64,000 bases of DNA, from assembly GCF_988242995.1 (NCBI RefSeq), contig NZ_OZ547043.1; one strand, 5' to 3'. The position numbers and the translations under genes are program-made. Positions 58,444 through 64,000 of the stretch are shown here, one piece after another (positions within the stretch are counted from its first letter, which is position 1; each line of letters opens with the position of its first letter). The notes beneath the pieces are model-generated. The model did not search any database, had not been told where the DNA came from, and saw nothing but the letters and a program-made list of their open reading frames with translations.

Positions 58444-59808
58444 TTGATTACACATATTAGCCCGCTTGGCTCCATGGATATGTTGTCGCAGCTGGAAGTG
58501 GATATGCTTAAACGCACCGCCAGCAGCGACCTCTATCAACTGTTTCGCAACTGTTCACTTGCCGTACTGAACTCCGGTAGTTTGACCGATAACAGCAAAG
58601 AATTGCTGTCTCGTTTTGAAAATTTCGATATTAACGTCCTGCGCCGTGAACGCGGCGTAAAGCTGGAACTGATTAATCCCCCGGAAGAGGCTTTTGTCGA
58701 TGGGCGAATTATTCGCGCTTTGCAGGCCAACTTGTTCGCGGTTCTGCGTGACATTCTCTTCGTTTACGGGCAAATCCATAACACCGTTCGTTTTCCCAAC
58801 CTGAATCTCGACAACTCCGTCCACATCACTAACCTGGTCTTTTCCATCTTGCGTAACGCTCGCGCGCTGCATGTTGGTGAAGCGCCAAATATGGTGGTCT
58901 GCTGGGGCGGGCACTCAATTAACGAAAACGAGTATTTGTATGCCCGTCGCGTAGGGAATCAGCTGGGCCTGCGTGAGCTGAATATCTGCACCGGCTGTGG
59001 TCCGGGAGCGATGGAAGCGCCGATGAAAGGCGCTGCGGTCGGACACGCACAGCAGCGTTACAAAGACAGTCGTTTTATTGGTATGACAGAGCCGTCGATT
59101 ATCGCCGCTGAACCGCCTAACCCGCTGGTCAACGAATTGATCATCATGCCGGATATCGAAAAACGTCTGGAAGCGTTTGTCCGTATCGCTCACGGTATCA
59201 TTATCTTCCCTGGCGGTGTGGGTACGGCAGAAGAGTTGCTGTATTTGCTGGGAATTTTAATGAACCCGGCCAACAAAGATCAGGTTTTACCATTGATCCT
59301 CACCGGCCCGAAAGAGAGCGCCGACTACTTCCGCGTACTGGACGAGTTTGTCGTGCATACGTTGGGTGAAAACGCGCGCCGCCATTACCGCATCATCATT
59401 GATGACGCCGCTGAAGTCGCTCGTCAGATGAAAAAATCGATGCCGCTGGTGAAAGAAAATCGCCGCGACACAGGCGATGCCTACAGCTTTAACTGGTCAA
59501 TGCGCATTGCGCCAGATTTGCAAATGCCGTTTGAGCCGTCTCACGAGAATATGGCTAATCTGAAGCTTTACCCGGATCAACCCGTTGAAGTGCTGGCTGC
59601 CGACCTGCGCCGTGCGTTCTCCGGTATTGTGGCGGGTAACGTAAAAGAAGTCGGTATTCGCGCCATTGAAGAGTTTGGTCCTTATAAAATCAACGGCGAT
59701 AAAGAGATTATGCGTCGTATGGATGACCTGCTACAGGGTTTTGTTGCCCAGCATCGTATGAAGTTGCCAGGCTCAGCCTACATCCCTTGCTACGAAATCT
59801 GCACGTAA
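58444..59808 (+). CDS. ppnN: Pyrimidine/purine nucleotide 5'-monophosphate nucleosidase (LOG-family)
   Basis: ORF track 454 aa ([23 protein letters not shown]...); non-ATG (TTG) start implied by the track. Confidence 0.88.
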
Positions 59809-60364
59809 TCTCCCCTCCCCCGGTGACGTTTGTTGCCGGGTTTTCTCGTTTTTGGTCACTTACTCATCAACTCATTTCATTTGTTATATGAATGTTTCTT
59901 ACCACCCTCACGCAACAAATATCATCACAGTTAATATGTCATACAATTTATATTGCAACGCAAACGTTTCCCTATTTTCATAAACCACATTTTATCGCTA
60001 TGAAAAAGAAATTATCGCCATGATTAACTAAAAGTATTGATTTTTTCAGTTCAACCTACATATATTGCGCGCCCCGGAAGAAGTCAGATGTCGTTTAATG
60101 GGCAAATATTGCCCTTAAATTCTCTTTTACTTTTGATTTACAGAGTAAAGCGTTGGGATAATCTATCTTCCAAGTAGATTATTGTATTTGGGATCAAGAT
60201 CACTGATAGATACATAACTTGTGTGTATCTTTCCGCCCTCAAATTATTACGGCGGTAAATGATTAAGCCATCGCCGATAGACAGATTTCATTTTTACGGT
60301 CAGGCACCTTCCCGGGCTGAACTGGCTAAAAGCTGAATTATTTGCATTCCTCCAGGAGAAATAG

Positions 60365-61654
60365 ATGGAAACGACTCAAACCAGCACGATTGCGTCGAAA
60401 GACTCTCGTAGTGCCTGGCGCAAGACAGACACCATGTGGATGCTGGGCCTTTACGGCACGGCAATCGGCGCGGGCGTGCTGTTCCTGCCAATCAACGCCG
60501 GTGTTGGCGGTATGATCCCGCTGATCATCATGGCTATCCTTGCGTTCCCGATGACATTTTTTGCTCACCGCGGTCTGACTCGCTTCGTACTGTCTGGTAA
60601 AAACCCGGGCGAAGACATCACCGAGGTTGTAGAAGAACACTTTGGTATTGGCGCAGGTAAACTGATTACCCTGCTCTACTTCTTCGCTATCTACCCGATC
60701 CTGCTGGTTTATAGCGTGGCAATCACCAATACAGTTGAAAGCTTCATGTCTCACCAGCTGGGTATGACACCACCGCCGCGTGCGATTCTGTCGCTGATCC
60801 TGATCGTGGGTATGATGACCATCGTTCGCTTCGGTGAGCAGATGATCGTTAAAGCGATGAGTATTCTGGTATTCCCGTTTGTTGGCGTACTGATGCTGCT
60901 GGCTCTGTACCTGATCCCGCAGTGGAACGGCGCAGCACTGGAAACGCTGTCTCTGGACACTGCATCGGCAACCGGAAACGGTCTGTGGATGACCCTGTGG
61001 CTGGCAATTCCGGTAATGGTGTTCTCGTTCAACCACTCTCCGATCATCTCTTCTTTCGCTGTTGCGAAGCGTGAAGAGTACGGCGATATGGCAGAACAGA
61101 AATGCTCGAAGATCCTGGCATTCGCACACATCATGATGGTGTTGACCGTAATGTTCTTCGTATTCAGCTGCGTACTGAGCCTGACTCCAGCAGACCTGGC
61201 TGCGGCTAAAGAGCAGAACATCTCAATTCTGTCTTACCTGGCTAACCACTTTAACGCACCGGTTATCGCGTGGATGGCTCCGATTATCGCGATTATCGCT
61301 ATCACCAAATCCTTCCTCGGCCACTACCTGGGCGCACGTGAAGGCTTCAACGGTATGGTGATTAAATCTCTGCGTGGTAAAGGTAAGTCTATCGAAATCA
61401 ACAAGCTGAACCGTATCACTGCGCTGTTCATGCTGGTAACGACCTGGATTGTTGCCACCCTGAACCCGAGCATCCTGGGTATGATTGAAACCCTGGGCGG
61501 CCCAATCATCGCGATGATCCTGTTCCTGATGCCGATGTACGCAATTCAGAAAGTACCGGCAATGCGTAAGTACAGCGGTCACATCAGCAACGTATTCGTT
61601 GTCGTGATGGGTCTGATTGCAATCTCCGCAATCTTCTACTCTCTGTTCAGCTAA
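60365..61654 (+). CDS. sdaC: Serine:H+ symporter
   Basis: ORF track 429 aa, HAAAP-family transporter profile. Confidence 0.95.
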   Translation: METTQTSTIASKDSRSAWRKTDTMWMLGLYGTAIGAGVLFLPINAGVGGMIPLIIMAILAFPMTFFAHRGLTRFVLSGKNPGEDITEVVEEHFGIGAGKLITLLYFFAIYPILLVYSVAITNTVESFMSHQLGMTPPPRAILSLILIVGMMTIVRFGEQMIVKAMSILVFPFVGVLMLLALYLIPQWNGAALETLSLDTASATGNGLWMTLWLAIPVMVFSFNHSPIISSFAVAKREEYGDMAEQKCSKILAFAHIMMVLTVMFFVFSCVLSLTPADLAAAKEQNISILSYLANHFNAPVIAWMAPIIAIIAITKSFLGHYLGAREGFNGMVIKSLRGKGKSIEINKLNRITALFMLVTTWIVATLNPSILGMIETLGGPIIAMILFLMPMYAIQKVPAMRKYSGHISNVFVVVMGLIAISAIFYSLFS

Positions 61655-61711
61655 GTCCTTTCGCGCCGCTTTCGGGCGGCGCTTCCTCCGTTTTAACGCG
61701 ATGTATTTCCT

Positions 61712-63945
<2,234 letters not shown>

Positions 63946-64000
63946 CGGCGTGCCGGATGCAAACGATTATCAACACATTGAATTTAATGAACTTATACGC

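Overview
This 64 kb window reads as an Escherichia coli-type chromosomal segment in the same order and orientation as the K-12 nlpD to xni region. Gene calls rest on recognising the translated ORF-track proteins and on motifs read directly from the sequence; no searches were run, and hand-derived non-CDS coordinates may be off by 1-2 nt. Content from left to right: nlpD (partial), pcm, surE, truD, ispF, ispD, ftsB, ygbE, cysCND, iap, a CRISPR array of 21 repeats and 20 spacers with its leader, a complete type I-E cas operon (cas2, cas1, casE, casD, casC, casB, casA, cas3), an unlisted 50-codon Hok/Gef-family toxin ORF, cysHIJ, queD, the poorly characterised ygcNOP / ygcQRSUW / yqcE-ygcE cluster, a degenerate CRISPR remnant and a second orphan array of 9 repeats, queE, ygcG, eno, pyrG, mazG, relA, rlmD, barA, gudDXP, yqcA, truC, yqcC, the sRNA csrB with an upstream UvrY-type palindrome, syd, queF, ppnN, sdaCB and xni. 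No tRNA, rRNA, IS element or prophage was seen. The most interesting unexplained signal is in the ygcW/yqcE divergent region: each gene has a strong intrinsic-terminator-like hairpin plus U8 tract about 24 nt before its start codon, flanking a perfect CRP palindrome, in a cluster that encodes a GlpP-family antiterminator homologue (ygcP). Other points worth a second look are the hok-like toxin locus next to cas3, the apparent absence of mazEF between relA and mazG, a conserved leader motif shared by both CRISPR arrays, and a perfect 20 bp tandem duplication next to a 20 bp inverted repeat between yqcA and gudP.
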